64,000 nucleotides of DNA from a virus (taxonomy: Duplodnaviria; Heunggongvirae; Uroviricota; Caudoviricetes). The stretch lies in IMG/VR virus record IMGVR_UViG_3300044825_003843, positions 1 through 64,000 of that record. One strand, given 5' to 3'. The notes beneath the pieces were generated by a model, which was not told where the DNA came from, did not search any database, and saw only the letters and a program-made list of their open reading frames with translations. This document shows positions 17,843 to 26,282 of the stretch, one piece after another; within the stretch, counting starts at the first letter, position 1, and each line of letters opens with the position of its first letter. The position numbers and the translations under genes were made by a program.

Positions 17843-19075
17843 TTATAAAGATTGATTGAAATCTATACCTGTATCATCGAATGATACAGAAGAATAATCT
17901 TGAGGGGTAGAAGTCTTACCGCCACCACCACCACTAGATAACCCATAAGCAAGCCCTGTTGATAACCCAACACCTACCGCGCCTTGTGATATTTTAGCAG
18001 CGTTCGGTGCGGAGGCACCAAGTTTTTGAGCTGTTTTCGTAACTATTTTACCAGGAGCATTAACCACTGCAGCACCTCCCTTTATAGCACCTTGACCTAA
18101 ATAAGCCAAAGTGTCAACTATTTTTTTAATAAATCCTGAAACTTTAGTAATAAGTCCACTAACCCATTTATGTATTGTTGGTGATTTTGTTGCCAACCAT
18201 TGTGAAGCTTGACTTAATAAACCCGGTACCTTGTCTAAAGAACTTTTTATTTTATCTACTATTTTAATCATAGCTGGAGATTTTTGAATTCCAGCTCTCA
18301 TTGTTTGTAAATTTTTTCCGAACCCCCTTACGAAAGCACCAACCACACCCTTTGCTGTTTTAGCCGCAACGCCAGCGAAAACCAGCCCTATCATATCGAC
18401 TCCAGTGAACAACAACTTTGTATACAAATTCTGTCCTTCAGGATAATCTCCACTTACCAATTCATAGATATCCAATGCAACAACGATTGCCCATACAACA
18501 AATTGAGCAGCTTTTCCAATTCCCGATGCAACTAAAATAGCATCTAAAACCATACCTACAGGATGATAGAGAGCATCTCTCAATTTTCTTGCCAAATATA
18601 AAGTGCCTTTTTTAACAATATCCAAAGCTTGCATCCACTCACTTTGACTGAATTTTGAATAAGCATCTTTTGCTCCTTGTATTGTTTTTTGAATGACCTG
18701 CTTAGTACCTTGAACCGCCTCTTTCCCTTTTTGATATGCCCAATCCATGAAACCTTCTTCATTCAATAAAATAAATTGAGACTTGAGAAACTGTAGTTGT
18801 GTTTTACTTTCTAATAATACTATTGAATTGATATCTTTTTTAATCTGAATTAAGTTTTCATTCAGAGTTTTCGGAACATCGTTGAAGAATACTTTGAAGT
18901 TATCAAAACTTTCCCAAATGTTTCCAAGATGTTTTTTATTTTTCAAATCATACATCTCATCAAGGAAAATTGCATAGTTTTCATTCAAAGATACCAAAGC
19001 AGTTATCGCAATCTTTTCTCTTTCGATATTATATTGTGAAAGTATTTCTCTTTTTTCACTTTCTGAGATAATCAT
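17843..19075 (-). CDS. hypothetical Gly/Ala-rich membrane-associated protein
   Basis: hydrophobic helices (AAQFVVWAIVVALDI, VDMIGLVFAGVAA) and GGGGGK tract; weak similarity to 24218..25351. Confidence 0.4.
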   Translation of the reverse strand: MIISESEKREILSQYNIEREKIAITALVSLNENYAIFLDEMYDLKNKKHLGNIWESFDNFKVFFNDVPKTLNENLIQIKKDINSIVLLESKTQLQFLKSQFILLNEEGFMDWAYQKGKEAVQGTKQVIQKTIQGAKDAYSKFSQSEWMQALDIVKKGTLYLARKLRDALYHPVGMVLDAILVASGIGKAAQFVVWAIVVALDIYELVSGDYPEGQNLYTKLLFTGVDMIGLVFAGVAAKTAKGVVGAFVRGFGKNLQTMRAGIQKSPAMIKIVDKIKSSLDKVPGLLSQASQWLATKSPTIHKWVSGLITKVSGFIKKIVDTLAYLGQGAIKGGAAVVNAPGKIVTKTAQKLGASAPNAAKISQGAVGVGLSTGLAYGLSSGGGGGKTSTPQDYSSVSFDDTGIDFNQSL

Positions 19076-19138
19076 CTTTTTTTACTATAAATACCCATAA
19101 GAACAAAAAAGTTTTTTTCTCATCCTATTTATTTATAC

Positions 19139-19468
19139 ATGAAAAACTTAAAAAAGTATTTGGATGAGATTTCAGGTAAAGAAATTCATAGTGTGTCAGT
19201 GTTCATAAGACTTCCATACGATTCAAGAAAAACTAAATTATCATTTAGTTTAAAAATAGAAAGTGCAAAGCTAACTGAGGTTTTGACTATTAAATTCAAT
19301 ATTTTTAATAGAAAAGTGAACGATGAGTCAGATGACCCAACGTTCGAATACTTATTCAGTAAAAATTCATTTCAAGAAGAATTTCAACGAGATACTTATG
19401 AAAACTATAACTTAGTAATCTTTGGTGTCGAGTTAGAAGATTTGGAATTGGTTTACGTGTTCAAATGA
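19139..19468 (+). CDS. hypothetical protein
   Basis: 109-aa ORF. Confidence 0.35.
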   Translation: MKNLKKYLDEISGKEIHSVSVFIRLPYDSRKTKLSFSLKIESAKLTEVLTIKFNIFNRKVNDESDDPTFEYLFSKNSFQEEFQRDTYENYNLVIFGVELEDLELVYVFK

Positions 19469-19474
19469 TTTTTA

Positions 19475-20329
19475 TTAAATTATTTCTATCTGAACCGAGT
19501 CAATTCGTTTTATACTTAACTCAAAATATTCTTTAGAAATTTCACTACCGATAAATTTTCTTCCTGTAAGTATTGAAGCTTTAGCAGTAGTTCCACTTCC
19601 CATAAATGGGTCATAAATAAGTTCTTCAGGGTTCGACCAACTAAGAATATGGTCTTTCACTAGTTGTATTGGAAATATTGCAGGATGTTGATATGCTATT
19701 TCGTCTTCTTGTCCGTTTTTCGATGTCTTATATGTCCAAACATTATATCTTTGTCCGTACTCATCAATTATTTTCTTTTTCCTTTCAATCATACTTCCGT
19801 CAACCTGCCTTGATGTATTTTTTCCCCAACTACCGACTTGTCCTCCGTAGACGTTTTTCCTGTCTTTTATTGAATTAAAAGTTTTTGGTTTACCCTTAGA
19901 AAACACAAACATATATTCAAAAATCTGATGATACCTGTTTGAAGATGGATTTGAAAAATTATTCTTCATGTAAATCATAGTATCATGGATATTGAATCCA
20001 ATTTCTTTGAAGAAAAGAGCCTGTCTGAATGAAGTGCCAGTTTCACTCCCTTTTTCCGTTCCATCTCCAACGACCCATACAACAACCCCGCCTTGTTTAG
20101 TGGTTCGATAAAGTTCCTTTGCAATATTTTCGAAATCAAATGAATAACCATTGAATTCGGTTTTTATACCTGAAATATGATTATTGTAAGTTCTTAAATC
20201 ATCATATGGTGGTGAAGTTATTGTTACGTCAATAGTATTATCAGCAATTTTACCTAAGGTTGTAAGACAATTTTCTTGATATATTTTATTAAATTGAATC
20301 ATAAATTTCGTAAAATTTTTTTGCTGCAA
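19475..20329 (-). CDS. DNA methyltransferase, beta-class (N4-cytosine or N6-adenine), SPPY motif
   Basis: motif IV TSPPY near N-terminus and motif I DPFMGSGTT near C-terminus: beta-class permutation as in M.PvuII. Confidence 0.8.
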   Translation of the reverse strand: MQQKNFTKFMIQFNKIYQENCLTTLGKIADNTIDVTITSPPYDDLRTYNNHISGIKTEFNGYSFDFENIAKELYRTTKQGGVVVWVVGDGTEKGSETGTSFRQALFFKEIGFNIHDTMIYMKNNFSNPSSNRYHQIFEYMFVFSKGKPKTFNSIKDRKNVYGGQVGSWGKNTSRQVDGSMIERKKKIIDEYGQRYNVWTYKTSKNGQEDEIAYQHPAIFPIQLVKDHILSWSNPEELIYDPFMGSGTTAKASILTGRKFIGSEISKEYFELSIKRIDSVQIEII

Positions 20330-20738
20330 TTGATTTATTTACTCCTATTGGGAGATGGTTTAGGTCATCTTTAGAAACCTCTATTAAATCAACACTACCG
20401 CTATGTAAACATCTTAAATCTAATAATAAGTAACTATCCAACGAATTCAACTTTTGTTCAAACCCTTCATTTGTTACACTTCTTCCGTAGCCAACTTCCT
20501 TAGAAGAGGCAAAACTTACCTGAGTTGTAATTGAACGAACCTCAACTCTTTTTCCATCTTTATCCTTCACATCAAATGGTGAATTTTCATTTTGTCTTTC
20601 TCCCTCGTGCCAAAATTCACCTACTCTACCCATAATTCTTCCATCATCACAAAATTTACGAGCTTCATATTCATTCTTGAATCCGAACCCTTTAGCAATT
20701 GCTTTAAAATCAAGTTTTCTACTACCAATTTGTTTCAT
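20289..20738 (-). CDS. putative PvuII-like type II restriction endonuclease
   Basis: 149 aa; NSPFDVKDKDGKRVEVRSIT parallels R.PvuII catalytic segment NDAVDNAGQEYELKSIN (D..D...E.E[LV][KR]SI); overlaps MTase gene by 41 nt. Confidence 0.45.
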   Translation of the reverse strand: MKQIGSRKLDFKAIAKGFGFKNEYEARKFCDDGRIMGRVGEFWHEGERQNENSPFDVKDKDGKRVEVRSITTQVSFASSKEVGYGRSVTNEGFEQKLNSLDSYLLLDLRCLHSGSVDLIEVSKDDLNHLPIGVNKSIAAKKFYEIYDSI

Positions 20739-20772
20739 TAGAAAATGATAATAAAATTTTTGACTACAACCA

Positions 20773-20806
20773 AATAAAAAACCCCATTTGTAGAAACAAA
20801 AGGGGT
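20773..20806 (-). terminator. putative terminator (minus strand)
   Basis: minus-strand CCCCTTTTG-loop-CAAATGGGG followed by TTTTTTTATTT. Confidence 0.45.
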
Positions 20807-20829
20807 CAATTAGTTAAAAAAACTTTGAG

Positions 20830-21780
20830 AATACAAGTTCTATTTGAGAATCTTTAGAAGGATTATGGTTTCCCTCCGTTTCCACTTCCTTTTGAGAAGT
20901 AATCCTCAGTGACGATTAATTAGGTTAATCAAACCTTGAGTTGTCAGATACTCTCTTGATACTTGCTACTCCTCGATGATGCCTCACCAATACTTCCTTG
21001 CGAGAATAGAGAACTTTTTCAAAAATCGTGTCGGGTTTGGGACCCTTCACGGCCGTGAACTTCTCACGACTATGTAGTCACCTTTCACTGACAACTGACG
21101 GACACTTTTCCGTTTGTAATTATTATTGTTAATAACATTTAACAAATGAATTGGTTTGTGGATTTGGAAAGTAGCGGTCCGTCAACCTGCTTCCCCATCT
21201 TTTGAACGAGGAAATACTGAACTACTCTCTGAGACATCCCTGCCTCCATACTTCAAGTTTACTTCATAACTCATGCCTTGGTAGGCTAAGGTTAAGGAGA
21301 ACAACAGCACCACCTGTACGAACTCATACCTTTCGGTTTTAAGTCAACTCTGATATTGAATCACGCAATTGTATAGTTGGATGACCATACTTCTTGCAGG
21401 AGTTCTACGGGTTATTCTTATCGGTGTTCCCACCTCAACCAAACGACCCACATCGCTTGGTCATCATTCCATTTCGCCTACAGTGTCACCCTCAGCTACT
21501 CAGGGACAATGATATCCCGCTTGTCTACTCAAGCTCAACAGAGGACACCCCTATCGAGCCGCAACCTACTTCAACCGAGGTAGGTCACTTTATACTGCTT
21601 TCACAGTTTATTTTATGGACTATAGACCGCCCAATATCTTGAATCAAAGAACTATCAAGTTTGAAGGAAAAAGGTATTTTTACGACCTGAAACCTTTCAG
21701 GAACCTTTACAACCCGTTTCCTTCAATTGTTCTACAAAACTAAGAAGGGTTTTTGATACTTCCAAATTTTATTAGAACTT
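20830..21780 (-). ncRNA. candidate large structured non-coding RNA (ORF-free, GC-elevated block downstream of tRNA); strand uncertain
   Basis: about 1 kb with stops in all six frames, markedly higher GC than flanks, many local helices (e.g. TTCACGGCCGTGAA at 21046..21059); no known ncRNA family recognised by eye. Confidence 0.3.
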
Positions 21781-21788
21781 TTTTTTGT

Positions 21789-21860
21789 TGCGTGAGTAAG
21801 AATCGAACTTACGACCTAAAGGTTATGAGCCTTCCGAGCTACCGCTGCTCTATCACGCGA
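21789..21860 (-). tRNA. tRNA-Met (anticodon CAT), initiator-like
   Basis: 72-nt cloverleaf CGCGTGA-TA-GAGC-AGCGGTA-GCTC-G-GAAGG-CTCATAA-CCTTT-AGGTC-GTAAG-TTCGATT-CTTAC-TCACGCA-A; C1:A72 mismatch and A11:U24 typical of bacterial initiator tRNA. Confidence 0.8.
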
Positions 21861-22166
21861 TGTTAAGTTAAATTCTACCCATTCCCCGTCGTCACCATCC
21901 AAGTCATGCTCTGGTTGTACATGGGTAGAATCAATATATTAAAGAACTTTATTCGATTAAAAAGTCCCACAAATCTACGATACTTTTCTCAAACTACCAA
22001 ATTCGTGGGACTAAGGGGGGAGAGATGTTTGACCATCTCATTTGTTTCACAAAGTTAAGAAGAATTTCTCAATTCGTCAAATTTTTTCTTGTGAAACTTT
22101 TTTTGTGGGGTGTTCACCTTTTTACAGGTGTGGATATATAAATATCACATTAATTTGTAAAGTCAA

Positions 22167-22589
22167 TTATTTTCCCAAAATAATTTGAAGTAATTTGTAT
22201 AAATGTGTTCCTGTCGAAAGTTCGTCCATTTGTTCTGCAGTAAAATATTTACATTCAGAATGTTCTTCACCATCCGAAGCATTTTCCAAATCAGGATTTA
22301 TTTCTTGGTCGGTGTTCAGAACGTATGTGTACATTCTCCCCTTAACTTTTTTACCGTCTCTAGTATGTCTTGGTAGAATACCTGTGAAAGTTAATTCTTT
22401 ATCAGAAATATCCAAATTAGTTTCCTCAAAGAATTCTCGCTTAGCACCTTCAAGAGTATCTTCCTCTTTTTCTAATTTGCCTGCTGGTATAGACCACATA
22501 CCAGGGTATGAGCCTTTACTATTTCTCTTACATAGTAAACATTTCTCCTTATGTTTTACTATTATTCCTACATATGTTTGTTGTTCCAT
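22167..22589 (-). CDS. Nudix hydrolase
   Basis: Nudix box GKLEKEEDTLEGAKREFFEETNL (Gx5Ex7REUxEExGU). Confidence 0.8.
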   Translation of the reverse strand: MEQQTYVGIIVKHKEKCLLCKRNSKGSYPGMWSIPAGKLEKEEDTLEGAKREFFEETNLDISDKELTFTGILPRHTRDGKKVKGRMYTYVLNTDQEINPDLENASDGEEHSECKYFTAEQMDELSTGTHLYKLLQIILGK

Positions 22590-22604
22590 CGTATTTATAT
22601 ATAT

Positions 22605-22952
22605 ATGAAAGTAAAAATAAATGAAAATATCTTCAAGGTCAAAACTTTAATTGATGAAAATTCACAAACCCTTGGAATGCAGAATAAAAGTTTTGATAAT
22701 ACTTTCGATGGGTTGCTTTTTCTGATGGGTGGAAAAGAACAATGTTTTTGGATGAAAGACTGTATTATACCCTTGGATATAATAATGATTAAAAATAACG
22801 TTATAGTTAATATTCACCACGACTGTCCTCCATGTAAAGGTGATGACTGTCCTTCTTACTGTGGTAAAGGTAATATTGTTTTAGAACTTGAGGGTGGTAC
22901 TTGTGAAGAGGTAGGTATTGAACCAGGTGATTCAATAGAATATATTTTCTAG
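22605..22952 (+). CDS. DUF192 family protein
   Basis: GLLFLMGGKEQCFWMKDCIIPLDIIMI...VLELEGGTCEEVGIEPGDSI fits DUF192/COG1430; start moved to MKVKINE (ATG 22605) to avoid overlap with divergent gene. Confidence 0.55.
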   Translation: MKVKINENIFKVKTLIDENSQTLGMQNKSFDNTFDGLLFLMGGKEQCFWMKDCIIPLDIIMIKNNVIVNIHHDCPPCKGDDCPSYCGKGNIVLELEGGTCEEVGIEPGDSIEYIF

Positions 22953-23506
22953 TTTGACTTCCAAACTTTTTCTTCTACACCAATAACAAATCCAACGTAT
23001 CTTGAAAGAACAAATAGATAGTCACTTAATCTATTCAGGTAAATTAAAATTTCGTTAGGAACTGATTCCAAAACACAAAGTCTTTCTGCTCTTCTACAGA
23101 CAGTTCTACATACGTGAGCAGTAGAAACATATATGTGACCACCAGGTAGTATAAAGTTTTTCAATTCAGGAAGAACATTATCCATTTTGTCAATCCAATT
23201 TTCTAAAGATTTCACATCTTCTGAATCAACTGATGATAATTCGAAACCTAACTTAGCATTTGGGTCTTTAGAAACTACAGAACCTATTTTGAATAGGTTA
23301 TTTTGAATGATATTCAATTGCAGTTGTTGTTCCATAAATTTAGACTTATCTGAAAATAAATGGTCAGAGAGTAACCCAATAAATGAGTTCAATTCGTCTA
23401 TGGTTCCGTATGCTTCTATTCTTAAATTGTTTTTTGGGACTTTTGTTCCACCTAATAAAGAAGTATACCCTTTGTCTCCTGTCTTTGTGTATACTTTTTT
23501 ACTCAT
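22949..23506 (-). CDS. ATP:cob(I)alamin adenosyltransferase, PduO-type
   Basis: VYTKTGDKGYTSLLGGTKVPKNNLRIEAYGTIDELNSFIGL matches PduO/MMAB N-terminus (YTKTGDKGETSL...R.EAYGT.DELNS.IG). Confidence 0.8.
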   Translation of the reverse strand: MSKKVYTKTGDKGYTSLLGGTKVPKNNLRIEAYGTIDELNSFIGLLSDHLFSDKSKFMEQQLQLNIIQNNLFKIGSVVSKDPNAKLGFELSSVDSEDVKSLENWIDKMDNVLPELKNFILPGGHIYVSTAHVCRTVCRRAERLCVLESVPNEILIYLNRLSDYLFVLSRYVGFVIGVEEKVWKSN

Positions 23507-23521
23507 ATGGTTATTTGAACA

Positions 23522-23830
23522 CTACAGACTTAACACAATTTCTTTACCTTTTCCGATTAACTTACCGTTTTTGTTTATTATCATGAATTTTTCTTTGTCT
23601 TTCAAATGGTCGGCAGTTACAGGACCTATTTTTTTTGTTTTACCAGGAAACATTTCAGATTCCAAATATATATATTTTTTTCCGTTTTCTACTTTTACAA
23701 AAGCTTGAGAAGAACCTCCATCACGAATTGGAAGTTTCAATAAAGGTGGTCTCTGTTCTTCTATTACTTTATTTATAATGCGGGCCAAGTCTTCCTCGTT
23801 CAATCTGATTACTTTTGGATTGTTTTTCAT
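23522..23830 (-). CDS. hypothetical protein
   Basis: 102-aa ORF. Confidence 0.4.
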   Translation of the reverse strand: MKNNPKVIRLNEEDLARIINKVIEEQRPPLLKLPIRDGGSSQAFVKVENGKKYIYLESEMFPGKTKKIGPVTADHLKDKEKFMIINKNGKLIGKGKEIVLSL

Positions 23831-23833
23831 GAA

Positions 23834-24205
23834 TTAGTGCTTAAGAGTTAACAAGTATTTCAATTTATTTGTCATACCTAAAATTTCATCCCTAAGGTTG
23901 AGTAGGTCAGTATCATATCTAGAATCTAGATGGTCACTTAAACCCACCAAAAATTCAGTTATGCCATCTAAAAAATTTTGAATAGTCAACTTGGAGATGT
24001 CTTGAAACATGATTGAAAATTCAGAATCAAATTGATATCTACCGTACTTACCCATGGTTATTTCTGCAAATTCGTCTAAAAAATCACCCAATTGTTCGTA
24101 AGTCTCACCATATGCACGATGTTTAGCATCACCATATGTTTGCCAATGTAAAAATCTGAATTGATTTTGGATTTGTACTAATTTTAAAATAATTTCTTCC
24201 TTCAT
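23834..24205 (-). CDS. hypothetical protein
   Basis: 123-aa ORF. Confidence 0.4.
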   Translation of the reverse strand: MKEEIILKLVQIQNQFRFLHWQTYGDAKHRAYGETYEQLGDFLDEFAEITMGKYGRYQFDSEFSIMFQDISKLTIQNFLDGITEFLVGLSDHLDSRYDTDLLNLRDEILGMTNKLKYLLTLKH

Positions 24206-24217
24206 ACTTTATAAATA

Positions 24218-25351
24218 TTAAACCGCACCTAAAGCTGCACCTTTTACTCTACCTAAAACTAAAGATTGAACCATTTGTTGAATTACATCTCCTTTTGGAC
24301 TTTGTGTATCCGTAGATTGTGATTGTCCTTGAGTTTCAGGTGTAGTTTCATCTACGCCATGCTCGTCTGCGAAATTCTGCTGAGACTGAGGAGTTTTTTG
24401 ATAGTTTGCTAACATCTTTTCAAATTCCGTATCTCCAACTTTATTTTTAAATTCTTCAGGACCTACAAAATTAGCAACACCAACGTAATCTAAAAACCCT
24501 AACCACCATTTACTTTTTCTCATCAAAGCTCTTACAGACTTATTCCTTCCCATAAGTTGAGGCATCCCTCCCCATATATTTTTCCACGAAAGTATTTTAT
24601 TAGGAGTTCGATATGATTTGAAAAAATTTGTTTCGTCCGCAATTTGCTTCAATGCTTTCAGTTTACTCAACTGTTCTGTCTTAGATAATGTAGGTAATTT
24701 TGCCGCTAAATTTTGACCATAAATTCTCAACGGTTTTCCTGCTTTAGCTCCCTTCTCGAAAAGTTCTATCCATTGTAAAATAGTATTTTTAACACCTTTG
24801 AACAATCCTCCAGGACTTCTAAGAATCATTTCTTTCAATTTACCAGATAACTTTCCGAAACCTTGTACAAATTTTGCAACAGTACCATCAGTTTTACTTA
24901 TTCTAGCAAGTTCAGCTGAAGCTCTGGCTGTATCACCAGCCTTTGCCAACCCCATCACATTTTTCAAACCTTTCACAGATGGACCTCCAACTCTCAACGA
25001 AGCCATTACAGGTTTTGCTACAGCGTCACCAATATATGGGACTGCAGAAATAAGTGATAAAAATCCGAATAATTGGTCTCCCTGTAATATATATGAAACA
25101 CCGTTTACAAAATCCACAACACCTGTTGGGTCAAAGATTCCTATCACATCACCGAGAGTATTCAACCAATGAGCTTCGTTTATATATTTTACTTTTTCAG
25201 GATACCAATTTTTGAAAGTTTCAACTACAAATTCTTTTTGTTCTTTTGTGAAATTTTCCCAATTTTCGAGAGCAAGATTATATTTTTGTTGAAATTCAAT
25301 CTCATTTGTTATGTGTTCAAGTTGTTCTTTTTTAAGGATATAGTCAGGCAT
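24218..25351 (-). CDS. hypothetical Gly-rich membrane-associated protein
   Basis: 377-aa ORF, hydrophobic segment LFGFLSLISAVPYIG, Gly/Lys-rich middle. Confidence 0.4.
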   Translation of the reverse strand: MPDYILKKEQLEHITNEIEFQQKYNLALENWENFTKEQKEFVVETFKNWYPEKVKYINEAHWLNTLGDVIGIFDPTGVVDFVNGVSYILQGDQLFGFLSLISAVPYIGDAVAKPVMASLRVGGPSVKGLKNVMGLAKAGDTARASAELARISKTDGTVAKFVQGFGKLSGKLKEMILRSPGGLFKGVKNTILQWIELFEKGAKAGKPLRIYGQNLAAKLPTLSKTEQLSKLKALKQIADETNFFKSYRTPNKILSWKNIWGGMPQLMGRNKSVRALMRKSKWWLGFLDYVGVANFVGPEEFKNKVGDTEFEKMLANYQKTPQSQQNFADEHGVDETTPETQGQSQSTDTQSPKGDVIQQMVQSLVLGRVKGAALGAV

Positions 25352-25388
25352 TGAAATACTTTTAAAATAAATATCAACAAATAAAAAA

Positions 25389-25404
25389 AGGGTCTATTGA
25401 CCCT
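25389..25404 (-). terminator. rho-independent terminator overlapping stop codon of MTase gene
   Basis: minus-strand AGGGTCAATAGACCCT followed by TTTTTTTATTT. Confidence 0.55.
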
Positions 25405-26263
25405 CTTTTAAATCCAATTCCAATTGTTTCTTCTTATCTATGAAACCCTGAACTCTTTTCTTAGCTATTTCACAATAGTTTTCACTCAGTTCAATCCCTA
25501 CCCATCTTCTGTCTAAGATTTCCGCAGCAACCAAACTAGTTCCACTACCAGCAAACGGGTCAAGTATCAAATCATTTTTATATGAGAGTATTTTGATTGC
25601 TTTCGTTGGAATATCCATTGAGAATGTTGCCTTGGTAAGTGACTTTGTATCTGCGAAGTAATCCCACTGACCGAAGACCAACTCCATAAATTCTTTCTTA
25701 CTTTCGTCCGTATAGACCATTTTTTTCTTTGAGGTGCCATCCTCATTCTCAATTAAGGTTTCTTCTCCTTTCCATTGTGGTTCACCTTTAACCTTCTTAA
25801 TATGATTGTTTTTGTAAGCTAAAATTATACACTCTTTGGGATTATAAATGTAAGGAGATGATGGCGACATCCACGACCCCCATGCCGTAGTCTTGCTTCT
25901 ATGTGGAGAATTTTCTTCTAAATCCACAATTCCGAAGAATTTGAAACCAATACTTTGCATGATTGACCATAGTTCTGCCGCCATAAAGATTCGACCCCCT
26001 TTCGATTGTCTGTTAATCTCATAGGGTATATTGAGAGCTATTCTCCCATCGTTTTTTAATACTTTATAGGCTTCTGTTAACCAACTCTTTGAAAACTTTT
26101 TATATTCTTCAAAATCAATATCATCATCATGTGTGTCGTAATCAATTCCAACTCCATAGGGTGGTGAGGTAACAATTAAATCAATAGAATTCTCAGGAAT
26201 GTCTTTCATAACTTCAATACAATCCCCATTCAGTATTTTACCAACGTATTTTTCCATAAACAA
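25394..26263 (-). CDS. DNA methyltransferase, beta-class (SPPY)
   Basis: N-terminal IVTSPPYGVGIDYD and C-terminal DPFAGSGTSLVAA. Confidence 0.8.
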   Translation of the reverse strand: MFMEKYVGKILNGDCIEVMKDIPENSIDLIVTSPPYGVGIDYDTHDDDIDFEEYKKFSKSWLTEAYKVLKNDGRIALNIPYEINRQSKGGRIFMAAELWSIMQSIGFKFFGIVDLEENSPHRSKTTAWGSWMSPSSPYIYNPKECIILAYKNNHIKKVKGEPQWKGEETLIENEDGTSKKKMVYTDESKKEFMELVFGQWDYFADTKSLTKATFSMDIPTKAIKILSYKNDLILDPFAGSGTSLVAAEILDRRWVGIELSENYCEIAKKRVQGFIDKKKQLELDLKEGQ

Positions 26264-26282
26264 AATATAAAAAATTTTTTGA

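Noticed and set aside
21377-21642. Two small plus-strand ORFs (68 and 82 aa) inside the GC-rich block
   Set aside because: They overlap each other in different frames, are rich in S/T/P/L from GC-rich sequence, and lack start context. Non-coding RNA is the more likely content.
20806-21788. tmRNA, RNase P RNA, rRNA fragment, or group I or group II intron as the identity of the GC-rich non-coding block
   Set aside because: By eye I found no tRNA-like acceptor/T-arm pair with a tag-peptide reading frame, no RNase P conserved blocks (GGAAAGTCCGGGCT or ACAGAAAGTGCCACAG), no group II domain V consensus, and no interrupted host gene flanking it. Left as an unclassified structured-RNA candidate.
23522-23830. 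GroES or T4 gp31-like co-chaperonin assignment for the 102-aa ORF
   Set aside because: I found only superficial resemblance (a Gly-rich beta-hairpin-like stretch) and no convincing alignment to the GroES mobile loop or to gp31.
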